DNA from: Octopus sinensis | Taxonomy: Eukaryota | Direction of reading: 5' to 3' | DNA length: 64,000 nt | Assembly (NCBI RefSeq): GCF_006345805.1 | Contig: NC_043012.1 | Span: 16,988,001-17,052,000 of the forward strand | Shown here: in pieces, positions 12,015 to 26,065 of the stretch | Layout: every line of letters starts with the position of its first letter | Position numbering within the stretch: position 1 is the stretch's first letter | Translations under genes and position numbers: made by a program | The notes under the pieces: model-generated | Database searches by the model: none | What the model was told of the DNA's origin: nothing | What the model saw: only the letters and a program-made list of their open reading frames with translations

Positions 12015-15000
12015 TCTGTGTGTCTCTGTGTGTATATGTGTTCAAATGTTTGTTAGGGAGTATTCAATACGCAGTGTAGAGCACTATATCGTTTAATCAA
12101 ACTGAATTGCTTTTATTGCATCTTGAGTTTTATACTTCTGTTGTTGTTAAGAACTGGCTTCTTACAGTGTTTTGAATTGGTTTTGTGTACATTAGAATGG
12201 GTTCATTCTTCTGTCTATGTTTTCATTGTTTAGCCCTTAATGTTTAATTGAGGCTTTATGTATGGTGGTTGTTGTTTCATTTGCCAGTTAGTTGCTTGTT
12301 TAGCTTTCATTGGTTAACTTCACTGTTGCATTTTAGAGAATGGTTTTTCAGATCCTGTTTTCGCAAAGTTATTGTTCTAAAATTGTTTACCATATTTTCT
12401 AGCATATAAGTGAATGTATTCTGTAGTGTAAACATCATCACTATCTTTCGACCATCACCACTGTTTTTAAAATATTGTCACTATCATTGAAACATTGTCA
12501 CTATCTTTGAAACATCGCCGCTATCTTTCCAAATCCTTCTGCATTTCAAATGGAATTTTCGGTCCTCCAAAGTCATGTTGACCTATCAGTTTTGGTTGTA
12601 AGTTTTGCTCTGAAAAATTCAACATGTCTGCTAGAAAATACATTATCTGTTTATCATTTCTCTGACCATTTCAATAGTCATTGTATCCAATCAGTTATTT
12701 AGGTCAATAATTGACCAGTATCCACCCACAGATTATGTAGTTAATATCCTATCTGTTTCGTGTGGTAAGTAGCTTGCTTACCAACCACATGGTTCCAGGT
12801 TCAGTCCCACTGCATGGCACCTTGAGCAAGCGTCTTCTACAATAGCCTCGGGCCGACCAAAGCCTTGTGAGTGGATTTGGTAGACAGAAACTGAAAGAAG
12901 CCCGTCGTATATATGTATATATATATGTATGTGTGTGTATATGTTTGTGTTTGTCCCCCCAACATCGCTAACATCGCTTGACAACCGATGGTGGTGTGTT
13001 TACGTCCCTGTAACTTATCGGTTCAGCAAAAGAGACCGACAGAATATGTACCAGGCTTACAAAGAATAAGTCCTGGGTTTGATTTGCTCGACTAAAGGTG
13101 GTGCTCCAGCATGGCCGCAGTCAAATGACTGAAACAAGTAAAAGAGAGTTTGCATGTTAAATTTGTTGTCCTTAAAACTGTTATCTTTTTCCATGGGTTT
13201 ATTTGGTGGTTCCTTTATCTTGTATTGTTACTAATGGCATTGTGGCTGCCACTCAGGTATTACTGCTGCTATTTGAATTGAATGGTTTGTTCTCTTTGCA
13301 ATTCAGACCAAGATTTAAAAAAAAAAAAACAGGAATTTATTGTGGTATCTTCAATGTGATTTCATTTAATTTATTTGTTGTATTTCCTGCTCCTCTTCTT
13401 TCACTTTCTTTTTCTCTTTACCTTTCCTTTCCTTTCCACTTCACCCTCCTCCCCTCTTCCTCCACCCCCTCTGCATCCCTTTCCTCCACTTCCATTCCTC
13501 TCCTCCTTCCATCCTCCCCTTTCTCCATTCTCTTCTTCCTCTTCTCCGCCTCCCATTCTTTCTCCATAGTCTATGGTGGTATTCCATCATCATGTTCCTT
13601 GCTCCAAGCATGGATCTGGTCGGTAACAGCTTTCAGCAGGTTGTGCCAGGGAAGCTACCTGTTGTCCTCTAATTTATGTGTCTCTTTCATCCCTTTTCTG
13701 CAGAAGGATGTTTTACCTTCCCCACCTTCCTTCTCCAGAATGACTTTTGTCTCTCATCTCATCATCATTATCATCATCATCATCATCATCATCATCATTG
13801 TTTAACGTCCGTTTTCCATGCTGCCATGGATTGGACTGTTCAACTGGGTTCTCTGGGAAGCAGGAGGCTGCACCAGGCCCCAATCTGATCTGGCAGTGTT
13901 TCTACAGCTGGATGCCCTTCGTAATGCCAACCACTCCGAGAGTGTAGTGGATGCTTTTTACGTGCCACCAGCACAGGGGCCAGAGGAGCTGTCATCATCC
14001 ATGATCGGCTAACTCTTTATTCTAAAGTCACTAATTTGAAGTCCATGCTGGTTGGAACTTTCTTCCTCAGGAAAGAACTTGGTATTTACGTGCCGGTGGC
14101 ATGTAAAAATCACCCACTACACTCTGAGTTGTTGGCATTAGGAAGGGCATCCAGTTGTAGAAATCTTGCCAGATTGGATTGGTGCCTGATACAGCCTCCT
14201 GGTTTGCCAGTCCCCTGTCAAACCGTCCAACCCATGGCAGCATGGAAAACAGATATTAAACAATGATGATGATGATGATGAAGCCTTTGCCTCTCCTAAT
14301 TGTTGGTGAGGATCAAATCAATCTGGTTTGCATGTTCACCTTATTGGAAGGTTATCCACTGACTGCTTGCTTTTCTGAAATTTGTGTTGCAGATGGTTAT
14401 TTCATTTGCATATACATCGAATGTTTTTTGACTTGGTGACATAATTAAGACATGCTGTGCAATGTGATGCTGCTAACTGTGTGTTTTTTTAGCCTTGAGG
14501 GAAAATAAATTATAAATAGACTGACTTAGAGTTGGGAAAAGAACAACTGATGTGTTTGAGAGTCAATTCAAAGAGAGAAAAAAGTTGCATTGGAAACAGG
14601 AAGAGGAAGGCCTTGTGGGGCCTTGTGGGAAGCATGACAGAGGAAGAGTATAGGGGAGTTGAGAGAAAAAGGAAGGCAGACTTATAGAGGTGAGTGAAAG
14701 GAAAACCTGCTGTAGAGAGAATAAAGAGCAGAATAAGGATACAAAGATAGGGACAGATAGAAAGATAGGTAGGTAGGTAGATAGTTAGGGAGGGAGAGAA
14801 AGAGAGATATTAAAGGGATAAATATATACAAATATGAAAGGATGAGTTGAGGGAAACAATAAAAGATAAGAGATGCAAGCAAAGAAAGGAAGGGGTGGGA
14901 GTAAATAGAGGAAAAGATAGGAAAACGGGTATTAAGGGAAAATGTATTAAACGTAGGTATAAAGAAAGTAGAAAAGGCAGATAATATATATGTGTATGTG

Positions 15001-15068
15001 TGTGTGTGTGTGTGTGTGGGTGTATGTATATCTACATATATATATTTATGTATGTATATATATATATG

Positions 15069-15102
<34 letters not shown>

Positions 15103-15104
15103 AA

Positions 15105-15172
<68 letters not shown>

Positions 15173-15376
15173 GATAGATCGTTAGCCACTACACACATTT
15201 TTTCTCTCCTTGTTTTCTGTGTCCCTTTCTGTAAAAGAGCGTAGGCTCGAAACGTAAAAGACTTTTCTATTCCTGAGCGTTATACTTATACATCTGTTTG
15301 TTTTGTACACCACCTGTCTTCGTCTTTTGTTTTTTTTCGTAACTCTCCCTATATATATATATATATATAATATATG

Positions 15377-15416
<40 letters not shown>

Positions 15417-16072
15417 TATACATCATCGTTTAATATCTTCTGTCCATGCTGGCATGGGTTGGACAGTTTGACTGAGGACTGGCAAACTAGAAGGCAGCAC
15501 CAGGCTCCAATCTGATCTGGCAAGGTTTCTACAGCTGGATGACCTTCCTAATACCAACCACTCCGTGAGCATAGCGGGTGCTTTTTAAGTGCTGCTGGCA
15601 TGGGAGCTAGTCAGTGGGTACTGGCATCGACCACATTTGGATAGTGCTTTCAATATGTCACTGGCACGGGTGTCCATCAGGGGGCAATAGGCTCAGGCGT
15701 GACTGTGTGGTAAGATATATGTATGTATGTATGTATGTATGCATGTATATATGTATATATATATATATGTATGTATATATCTATGTATGTATATATACAG
15801 CTATTTATGTATGTATATATCTATATATGTATGTATATATCTATGTGTGTGTTTGTGTCTGTGTTTGTCCTTACCATCTGCAGTTGATGACTGGTGTTGG
15901 TATGTTTGTGTCCCTGTAACTTAGTGGCTTAGCAAAAGAGATTGATAGAATAAGCACTAGGCTTACAAAGAATAAGTTCTGGAGTTGATCTCTTCAGTTA
16001 AAAAAAACCCTTCAAGGTGGTGCTCTAATATGGGAGCAGTCAAATGACTGAAACAAATAAAAGAATATATAC

Positions 16073-16126
<54 letters not shown>

Positions 16127-16314
16127 AGTACAAAGTGAGATAGGGGTTATGAGTATTGATTATCTGTACCTTATGTGTATGTATATTATTATATATATAC
16201 TTATATATATATATATACTTATATATATATATATATATATATATATTCTTGTGTATGTGTATTTTGTTTCATATTTATATTTGCATTTTTATATTTTTAT
16301 AATTGTACTTTATA

Positions 16315-16439
16315 ATCTCTGACGAGGCCTTGAGATATATATATAAGTAACTCATTTTTAACTGCATATTACCTCAATACATCTGACTAATAAAGGCAGA
16401 ATGAGATGCCTTATCTACAGGCTGAAACAGCTGTAAGAT
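16315..16439 (+). ncRNA. Type I hammerhead ribozyme with enlarged stem II and palindromic stem III
   Basis: ATCT-CTGACGA(16319-25)-GGCCT...AGGCT-GAAA(16424-27)-CAGCTG-TA-AGAT. Stem I ATCT/AGAT; stem II extends by AGATA/TATCT; GUA triplet. Confidence 0.75.
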
Positions 16440-16579
16440 CCATTTATTATTTTTATGGTATTATCTTACTTATTGATGTATATTGTTTTATTTTTTGGGA
16501 TTTAGATGTTCCTATTTATGTAATTAATAAATAATATGAATTGGTAAGTCGATGATTGAAATGAATCTGTTCCTCCATT

Positions 16580-16633
<54 letters not shown>

Positions 16634-16706
16634 GTATATTGTGTGAAATTTGATTTAGTATTTCTAAGTTAATTTTCCCTGTAGGTAGGATTAATATTCC
16701 CTCAAA

Positions 16707-16746
<40 letters not shown>

Positions 16747-17397
16747 TTTAAATTCTATTGAGGTCGACTTTGCCTTTCATCCTTTTAGGGTTGATAAATT
16801 AAGTACCAGTTGCATACTGGGGTCGATCTACGGGGTCAATCTAATCAACTAAATGCATATACCAAAAGTTTGCTGGAGAGGCAAACTTTTTAACCCCACA
16901 TTCACACCTGTGTGCATAAAGTGGGTAGGAAAACAATGGTATAGTCGACAGTCTGAGCCTAGTAGCTTGCAAAACCCACAGCCAATAAAGGGTAACATAC
17001 ATGTGTGTGTGTGTGTTGTGTGTGTGTGTATGGGTGTTTCTCTGTGTGTGTGTGTGTACATATGTGTGTCATCATCATTATCATCATCATCATCATTTAA
17101 CGTCTGCTTTCCATGCTGGCATGGGTTGGACGGTTCAACTGGGGGTCTGGGAAGCCAGGAGGTTGCACCAGTCTCCAGTCTGATCTGGCAGTGTTTCTAC
17201 AGCTGTATGCCCTTCCTAACGCCAACCACTCCTTGAGTGTAATGGGTGCTTTTTACGTGCCACCGGCACAGGTACCAGACGAGGCTGGCAAACGTCCACA
17301 ATCGGATGGTGCCTTTTACGTGCCACCGGCTACGGTTGGATGGTGCTTTTTACATGCCACGTGTAACATATATCTATATGTATATAACACATATACA

Positions 17398-17622
17398 TAC
17401 AAGGGGGTGGGGCTGAAAAGTTCCTGGCTGTGGGTAAAAGAAAATACAGAGGATCAGTTATTTATAATTTTATTGAACATATTCCCCTCTCAGATTCACA
17501 AACTCATGGCAGCGGTCCTTCAGTTTTTCTAAGTCCTGTAAAAGGACTCAGAAGATTAGGCCCCCAACCGGGCCTTTCACAATACCCTTGAAACCAGGAA
17601 CTTGTCAACACCCCCTCACATA
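17398..17622. mobile_element. Mariner-derived MITE
   Basis: Imperfect TIRs GGGGGTG..GCTGAAAAGTTCCTGG / CCAGGAACTTGTCAACACCCCC, TA at both ends, ~225 bp. Confidence 0.7.
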
Positions 17623-18044
17623 TGTAATATAATATATATATGCATATTATTTGCTATATATATACATGAAATAATACACATACTTCATACACATGCATAT
17701 ATATGTGTGTGTGTGTGTATGTGTATATATATATATGTATGTATGTATGTACATAACATGCATGTATTATGCATATATATATATATATATTTCATGTAAT
17801 ATATATATAATCATGTAACATATATATATATACATTACAGACATGTCTACATGTGTATGTATATATATGTATGTGTATATGTATATATGTATATTTATGT
17901 GTGTGTGTATATATGTATGTGTACGTGTATATATATATGTGTATGTATATATATATGTATATATATATATGTATATATATATATATGTATATATATATGT
18001 ATGTATATATATATATATGTATCTATATATACATACATATATAA

Positions 18045-18785
18045 AAAAGTTGAGTTGTGGGGTATCGTACGAGTGGGATTGTGTGTTTGTATACTATGTG
18101 TGTGTGTGTTGTTGTTGTTGTGGGTGTGTATATATGTGTGTGACAAACAGACGCTGTCTGACCAGCAGGCACACGGACACATCTATTCACACCTGCATAC
18201 TCACCTCCCAATAACCCCAAAATCACTGATGCTTGAAGGGGAAGTATAAACCAAACTGGGTACACATCTTTTTTTCTCTCAATTCAACTTTTCTGCTGAA
18301 ACAAACAGGTCAGTAAAAAACAAATTCTCGCCTTCGATTCAAAATATTCTGAGATGTCTAAAATATCCATTTTAATTTTCTCTGTCAATATTACAAGCTT
18401 TTCACCAAACTATTACACTTCCTTATGTCTTTAACATGTCCTTTCTACCAAAGACTGTATATATATACATGTAATGTGACAATTTGCGACAACCAATAAT
18501 TAACGCAACCAAATTTCCAATAATATATTTGTTTTATTCTTTTCTGCCAATTTTTACAAATATTCTCATCACACTATTGAACTTTTTTATACTATATATA
18601 CATGTAATGTGACAATTATGTATAAAAAAACATTTTTGAATTCATAATATTCAATGTGACAATTATGTAAAAAACTTTTTTTGAACCCATAATATTCAAT
18701 GTTACTTTTGACAATCTTTTACCAAAGAGTGAAACCGGTTAAGTAAATAAACATCGTTTAAATTGCATTTTCAAACCTTTTTTCA
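18045..18785 (+). mobile_element. Copy of the 27684-28095 HHR/fold-back family
   Basis: Shares TTAACATGTCC..ACCAAAGACTGTATATAT, CAACCAATAATTAA and TTGCATTTTCAAACC with the 27.7-28.1 kb element; 18050-18080 is the reverse complement of the 28060-28090 terminal segment. TA-rich flanks. Confidence 0.65.
18702..18746 (+). ncRNA. Type I hammerhead motif, U3-A8 core variant
   Basis: TTACTT-TTGACAA-TCTTTTACCAAAGAGT-GAAA-CCGG-TT-AAGTAA: 6-bp perfect stem I, palindromic ACCGGT stem III, core UUGACAA in place of CUGANGA. Confidence 0.6.
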
Positions 18786-18800
18786 TATACATACATATAT

Positions 18801-18834
<34 letters not shown>

Positions 18835-18923
18835 GTATATTATATATATATATTATATAATATATATTATATATATATTATATATATATATATATATATA
18901 ATATATATATATATGTATCATAT

Positions 18924-18955
<32 letters not shown>

Positions 18956-19639
18956 CTATATATATATATATATGTATCTATAATAACATACATATATATA
19001 TATATTATATATATATTGTATTATAGATACATATATATATATATATGTATATATATATGTATCTATATATACATACATATATATATAATGTATCTATTAT
19101 ACATACATATATATATATTGATAATATATATGATATCTATATATACATACATATATTATATATATGTATCTAATATATACATACATATATATATATATGT
19201 ATATATATATATATGTATGTATATATATATGTATGTATATATATATGTATGTATGTATATATATAGTATGTATGTATGATAATATATATATGTATGTATA
19301 TATATATATATATGTATGTATATATATATATATGTATGTATATATATATATGTATGTATATATATATATATGTATGTATATAATATATATGTATGTATTA
19401 TATATATATATATGTATGTATATATATATGTATGTATGTATATATATATGTATGTGTATATATATATGTATTGTATATATATATATATGTATGTATATAT
19501 ATATATATGTATGTATATATTATATATATGTATATATATATATATATGTATGTATGTATATATTGTATGTATGTATGTATATATATATGTATGTATGTAT
19601 ATATATATATATGTATGTATATATATATATATATGTATG

Positions 19640-19688
<49 letters not shown>

Positions 19689-20357
19689 GTATGTATATTA
19701 TATATATATATGTATGTATGTATATATATATATATGTATGTATGTATATATATATATATATATTATATATATATATGTATATATATATATGTATATATAT
19801 ATGTGTGTATGTGTATATATAAAATAATACAAATAGAGTATGTGTACGTGTGTATCCTGACTGATTCTTTCTAACAGCCACAACAAGCAAACCAAAATAA
19901 AAAAAAAATCTTTTTATTATAGTCATTGTTATTGCTGATGTATATTTCTAACTACCTCTGTCTGGTGTGAATTAGCCAAACACAATATACATATATATAT
20001 ATATACATATATATCTATAGCTATCTAACTGCAAAGGGGGTGCCGGATAATGTTAGTTGTATACCTTCAGGAGAAGGAAACAGCTTGTAGTTCGTGGAGA
20101 GTCCATCATTCTCCAAATGGCTTAGCTCAATATCGTTATTTTGTATGGTTTTTTTTCCTCACCGTTTCTTTTCCACTTTTTTCTCTTGCATCTCGACTGT
20201 ATTGGAAAATGTCTTTCTGTATATATTGTGTTTGACAAATGTATAGAAGAACTGTGTGTATATAAGTCTGTATTTGTATATCTTTCACTTAAACTCCTTT
20301 CTGTGTGTGTGTGTGCGTGTATGTACTATATATACCCTCACATATGATATGTGTGTG

Positions 20358-20405
<48 letters not shown>

Positions 20406-21101
20406 TCACACATAGAAACACATCGTTTATATATTTGTATACATACACATGCACACATACAGACACCTGTAGATATCTATGTAAATACAGAAGTGCGTGT
20501 GTGTATGTATGTATGTACGTATGTATAATATGTGTGTGTGTGTGTGTATATATATATAGTATATATATATATATATATGTATGTGTGTATATATATATAT
20601 AAATATAAATATATGTATATATATATATATATTATATATTATATGTATGTATACATGTGTATGTATGTATATATATATATATATATAATCTGTATATATC
20701 TATGTTTATATCTGTATGTCTCTGTCTGTCTGTCTCTCTCTCTCTATATATATATGTGTGTGTGTGTATGTATGTATATATATTATATATATATATATAT
20801 ATAATATATATATATATAATATATATATTATACACATCTTAAATTGCAAAGATATTTAAGAAAGCAATGTCTATGAGTATTGTGAACATCTTCAATAGCA
20901 AGCTAAGCGAAAGAACCGTCAGAGAAAAACCAAAAATGTTCTCCATTCATGAATGGAAAGATTTTCTTAGAAACAGAAACCTATACCTCTATGATTGTGT
21001 CTTGAAATTCTGCTGATTTCCCATTCTTTCGTTATTTTAGTATTCGTTTTTCTTTTTTTTATTATTTTATTTATATTCTTCTGTTTTTCTCTTTTTTCCA
21101 G

Positions 21102-21307
21102 TTGCTTACTGTGGAGGGGAACGACCGATTGTATGTTGGAAGTTTTTGATATCACAGACCTTCTGGATTGGCAACAGAAACACGATGTCAAGGCTATGAC
21201 AGTGGGGCACCTAGCAGATGAGAAGGGCCAGAGTGTGTGTTATCTTCTTGTTACATGGTCATCAGCTTTGACCAACACTGACTATGTTTTCTCCTACAAC
21301 TACCCAG
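21102..21307 (+). CDS. Lrrk: Internal exon of LRRK-type (leucine-rich repeat Roco kinase) gene, C-terminal WD40 region
   Basis: Polypyrimidine tract + ttccAG at 21100-21101; donor CCAG|GTAAGT at 21308. Open frame CLLWRGTTDCMLEVFDITDLLDWQQKHDVKAMTVGHLADEKGQSVCYLLVTWSSALTNTDYVFSYNYP. The end phase (1) matches the next exon. The YxYPG..V..W motif resembles the invertebrate Lrrk/LRRK1 C-terminus (recalled, not searched). The upstream intron is phase 2 and its exon was not found in the window. Confidence 0.8.
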
Positions 21308-21542
21308 GTAAGTCAATATAACTCACCCTATCCACCCCGTCTGTACCTCTGTTCTCTTTCTCTGTCACTTTGTACTTTTTCTTCTCCATCCCCCACACTT
21401 CACCTCATCTTTCTATTTCTCATCTGTCTACAGGTTTTTTTTATATGCATTTATCTTCATCTTTCACAGATTCCTTTGTCACTGACCCAGGTGACTTTGT
21501 ATGCTAATTGTAAAGCACACTATGCTTATCATGAATTGATCT

Positions 21543-21857
21543 TTTTGTTTGTTCCTTCTCGAGCCATGCCTGACTCATAAGGGCTGGTTTCTCGGTTTCC
21601 TTGACGTATAGGTTCCCCACCTGGATGGGACGCTGGTCCGTCACAGGTGAGCTGCAAGATGCAGGAGGAAAGAGTGAGAGAAAGTTGTGGCGAAAGAATC
21701 AGCAGAAGTTTCGCCATTACCTTCTGCCGGAGCAGCATGGAGCCTAGGTGTTTTGCTCATAAACACACACGTCGCCTGGTCTGAGATTCGAACCCACGAT
21801 CCCTTGATCCCTCGACCGTGAGTCCGCTGCTCTAACTACTAGGCCATGTGCCTCCAC
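21543..21857 (-). mobile_element. tRNA-derived SINE with 13-bp target site duplication
   Basis: TSD CATGAATTGATCT at 21530-21542 and 21858-21870; head shared with the 39694 family, different 3' half. Confidence 0.85.
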
Positions 21858-23084
21858 CATGAATTGATCTCTGTTATCATGGGTTAGCAATCATTCAAAG
21901 ATTCTTCTTAGACTGGTAAAAGTGTGTCCCCGGTGACTATCCACAATACTTCAGGACAACTTGGGGGTCTCAGAATGAAACCTTGGCATGGCTGTGTGGT
22001 AAGAAGCTTGCTTCCAAACCACATAGTTGTTGGTTCAATCCCAGTGTGTGTTACTTTGGACAAGTGTCTTCTACTATAGCCTCAGACTTAGCAAAACCTT
22101 GTGAGTGGAATTGGTAGAGAAAAACTGAAAGAAGCCTGTCATATATGCATGTATGTATTTTACAGATATCTTTTATTCAGTGTATCTCATAGCAGTTTCT
22201 GCTATAAGCTAATAAAGGGTCATAAGATTATCATTTATTACTTTGTCATCTCATTTTCTTATATATATGTGTATACTCTTTTACTCTTTTACTTGTTTCA
22301 GTCATTTGACTGCTGCTATGCTGGAGCACCACCTTTTAGTCGAGCAAATCGACCCCAGGACTTATTCTTTGTAAGCCTAGTACTTATTCTATTGGTCTCT
22401 TTTGCCGAACCACTAAGTTACAGGCATTTTGCCCGGCATGCTAACGTTTCTGCCAGCTTGCCGTCTATTATTATTATTGTTATTATTCAGGTCACTGCTT
22501 GGAATTGAACTCGGAATCTTGAGGTTAGTAGCCTGCGCTCTTACCCACTATGCCATATGCCCATGGGCATATTAAGTACCAGTGAAACACTGGGGTTCTA
22601 TGTAATCGACTAGTCCCCTCTCTCAAAAATTTAGTAGAAAAGATTATTATTATTGTTAGCTGTAACTACTGCCACTGTTGCTACTGTTGACTATAATTCT
22701 ATTCCAAAATTTGATGTCATCCACATTCAAAGAGAAACTGGCCATGCTTACTGAACAATAAGAACAAGCACCACTGTCTGACCCCTCTTCCCCACTTCCA
22801 CTGCTGCTGCTACTACTACTACTACCGTCACCACTACCACCAGCAACAACTTTGCCACCACCACCACCACCACCGCCAATGCCACTAGTATCACCACTAC
22901 AACAACCAGCACTGCCACCACCACTACCACTACCACTCCTACTTGCCAATTCAGTGGTTGTAGAATGGTGGGGCTGTGGTGGTGGTGGAGATGCAGGTAG
23001 AGGAAGACCAGCCAATTTCGAAAGGAAATCCTTCAACTGCCAACTTAATAACCTGAAGCTGAGAAACAAAAGACAGAAAGATGA

Positions 23085-23124
<40 letters not shown>

Positions 23125-26065
23125 TGTGTTTGTGTGTGCATGCGTGAATGTATGATTGTGTATATGTGTGCTTGTGTGTGTGTATGTTAGTGTGTGAATG
23201 TATGATTGTGTGTATATGTGTGCTTGTGTGTGTTGTGTGTTGTGTTAGTGTGTGAATGTATGATTGTGTATATGGTGCTTGTGTGGTGGTGTGTTAGTGT
23301 GTGAATGTATGATTGTGTATATATGTGTTGCTTGTGTGGTTGTGTGTAGTGTGTGAATGTATGATTGTGTAATATGTGTGCTTGTGTGTGTGTGTATGTT
23401 AGTGTGTGAATGTATGATTGTGTATATGTGTGCTTGTGTGTGTGTGTGTGTTAGTGTGTGAATGTATGATTGTGTATATGTGTGCTTGTGTGTGTGTGTG
23501 TGTTAGTGTGTGAATGTATGATTGTGTATATGTGTGCTTGTATATGTGTATGTTAGTGTGTGAATGTATGATTGTGTATATGTGTGCTTGTGTGTGTGTG
23601 TGTTTAGTGTGTGAATGTATGATTGTGTATATGTGTGCTTGTGTGTGTGTGTGTTAGTGTGTGAATGTATGATTGTGTATATGTGTGCTTGTGTGTGTGT
23701 GTGTTAGTGTGTGAATGTATGATTGTGTATATGTGTGCTTGTGTGTGTGTGTGTAGTGTGTGTGAATGTATGATTGTGTATATGTGTGCTTGTGTGTGTG
23801 TGTGTTAGTGTGTGAATGTATGATTGTGTATATGTGTGCTTGTGTGTGTGAATGTATGATTGTGTATATGTGTGCTTGTATGTGTGTATGTTAGTGTGTG
23901 AATGTATGATTGTGTATATGTGTGCTTGTATGTGTGTGTGTGTGTTAGTGTGTGAATGTATGATTGTGTATATGTGTGCTTGTATGTGTGTATGTTAGTG
24001 TGTGAATGTATGATTGTGTATATGTGTGCTTGTGTGTGTGTATGTTAGTGTGTGAATGTATGATTGTGTATATGTGTGCTTGTATGTGTGTATGTTAGTG
24101 TGTGAATGTATGATTGTGTATATGTGTGCTTGTATGTGTGTATGTTAGTGTGTGAATGTATGATTGTGTATATGTGTGCTTGTGTGTGTGTATGTTAGTG
24201 TGTGAATGTATGATTGTGTATATGTGTGCTTGTTGTGTGTGTGGTTAGTGTGTGTGATGATGTATGATTGTGTATATGTGTGCTTGTATGTGTGTGTGTT
24301 AGTGTGTGAATGTATGATTGTGTATATGTGTGCTTGTGTGTGTGTGTGTTAGTGTGTGAATGTATGATTGTGTATATGTGTGCTTGTGTGTGTGTGTATG
24401 TTAGTGTGTGAATGTATGATTGTGTATATGTGTGCTTGTGTGTGTGTGTGTTAGTGTGTAAATGTATGATTGTGTATATGTGTGCTTGTGTGTGTGTGTG
24501 TTAGTGTGTGAATGTATGATTGTGTATATGTGTGCTTGTGTGTGTGTGTGTTAGTGTGTAAATGTATGATTGTGTATATGTGTGCTTGTGTGTGTGTATG
24601 TTAGTGTGTGAATGTATGATTGTGTATATGTGTGCTTGTGTGTGTGTATGTTAGTGTGTGAATGTATGATTGTGTATATGTGTGCTTGTATGTGTGTGTG
24701 TGTTAGTGTGTGAATGTATGATGGTGTATATGGTGTGCTTGTGTGTGTGTGTGTTAGTGTGTGTGAATGTATGATTGTGTATATGTGTGCTTGTATGTGT
24801 GTATGTTAGTGTGTGAATGTATGATTGTGTATATGTGTGCTTGTGTGTGTGTGTGTTAGTGTGTAAATGTATGATTGTGTATATGTGTGCTGGTGTGTGT
24901 GTGTTAGTGTGTGAATGTATGATTGTGTATGTGTGTGTTGGTTTGTGTGTGTGTTAGTGTGTGAATGTATGATTGTGTATATGTGTGCTGTGTGTGTGTG
25001 TTAGTGTATGTGAATGTATGATTGTGTATATGTGTGCTTGTGTGTGTGTATGTTAGTGTGTGAATGATGATTGTATATGTGTGCTTGTTGTGTGTGGTAT
25101 GTTAGTGTGTGAATGTAGATTGTGTATATGTGTGCTTGTAAGTGTGTGATGTTTATGTGTGAATGTATGATTGTGTTATATGTGTGCGTGTGTGTGTTGT
25201 GTGTCGTGGGTGTTTGTTTTGGTTGTGTGAATGTATGATGTGTATATGTGTGCTTGTATGTGTGTGTGTGTGGTTAGTGTGTGAATGTATGATGGTGTAT
25301 TGTGTGCTTGTAAGTGTGTATGTTATGTGTGAAGGATGATTGTGTATATGTGTGCTGGTATGTGTGTATGTTGGATGTGTGTGAATGTATGATTGTGTAT
25401 ATGTGTGCTTGTGGTGTGTGTGTGTGTTAGTGTGTGAATGTTATGGATTGTGTATATGTGTGCTTGATGTGTATGTGTTGTGTGTAGTGTGTGAATGTAT
25501 GATTGTGTATATGTGGCTTGTAAGTGGTGTATGTTAGTGTGTGAATGTATGATTGTGTATATGTGTGCTTGTATGTGTGATGTTAGTGTGTGTGAATGTA
25601 TGAGTGTAATAGTGTGTTGGTATGTGTGTGTGTGTGTTAGTGTGTGAATGTATGATTGTGTATATGTGTGCTTGTGTGTGTATGTTAGTGTGTGAATGTA
25701 TGATTGTGTATATGTGTGCTTGTATGTGTGGTGTGTTAGTGTGTGAATGTATGATTGTGTATATGTGTGCTTGTGTGTGTATGTTAGTGTGTGAATGTAT
25801 GATTGTGTATATGTGTGCTTGTTGTGTGTGTGTGTGTTAGTGTGTGAATGTATGATTGTGTATATGTGTGCTTGTGTGTGTGTATGTTAGTGTGTGAATG
25901 TATGATTGTGTATATGTGTGCTTGTGTGTGTGTGTGTTAGTGTGTGAATGTATGATTGTGTATATGTGTGCTTGTGTGTGTGTATGTTAGTGTGTGAATG
26001 TATGATTGTGTATATGTGTGCTTGTGTGTGTGTTAGTGCGTAAATGTATGATTGTGTGTGTGTGT
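23085..26065. repeat. Minisatellite, ~50-bp unit, roughly 58 copies
   Basis: Unit GTTAGTGTGTGAATGTATGATTGTGTATATGTGTGCTTGTGTGTGTGTAT with a variable (GT)n segment. Confidence 0.95.

Noticed and set aside
13570-13650. Candidate upstream LRRK exon after a long pyrimidine tract
   Set aside because: No recognisable LRRK-like peptide in any frame and only weak donor sites.
17843-20842. Many long YI/CV/HT-repeat ORFs (also at 28916-29434, 35161-35804, 57635-59238)
   Set aside because: Translations of (TA)n/(TG)n microsatellites.
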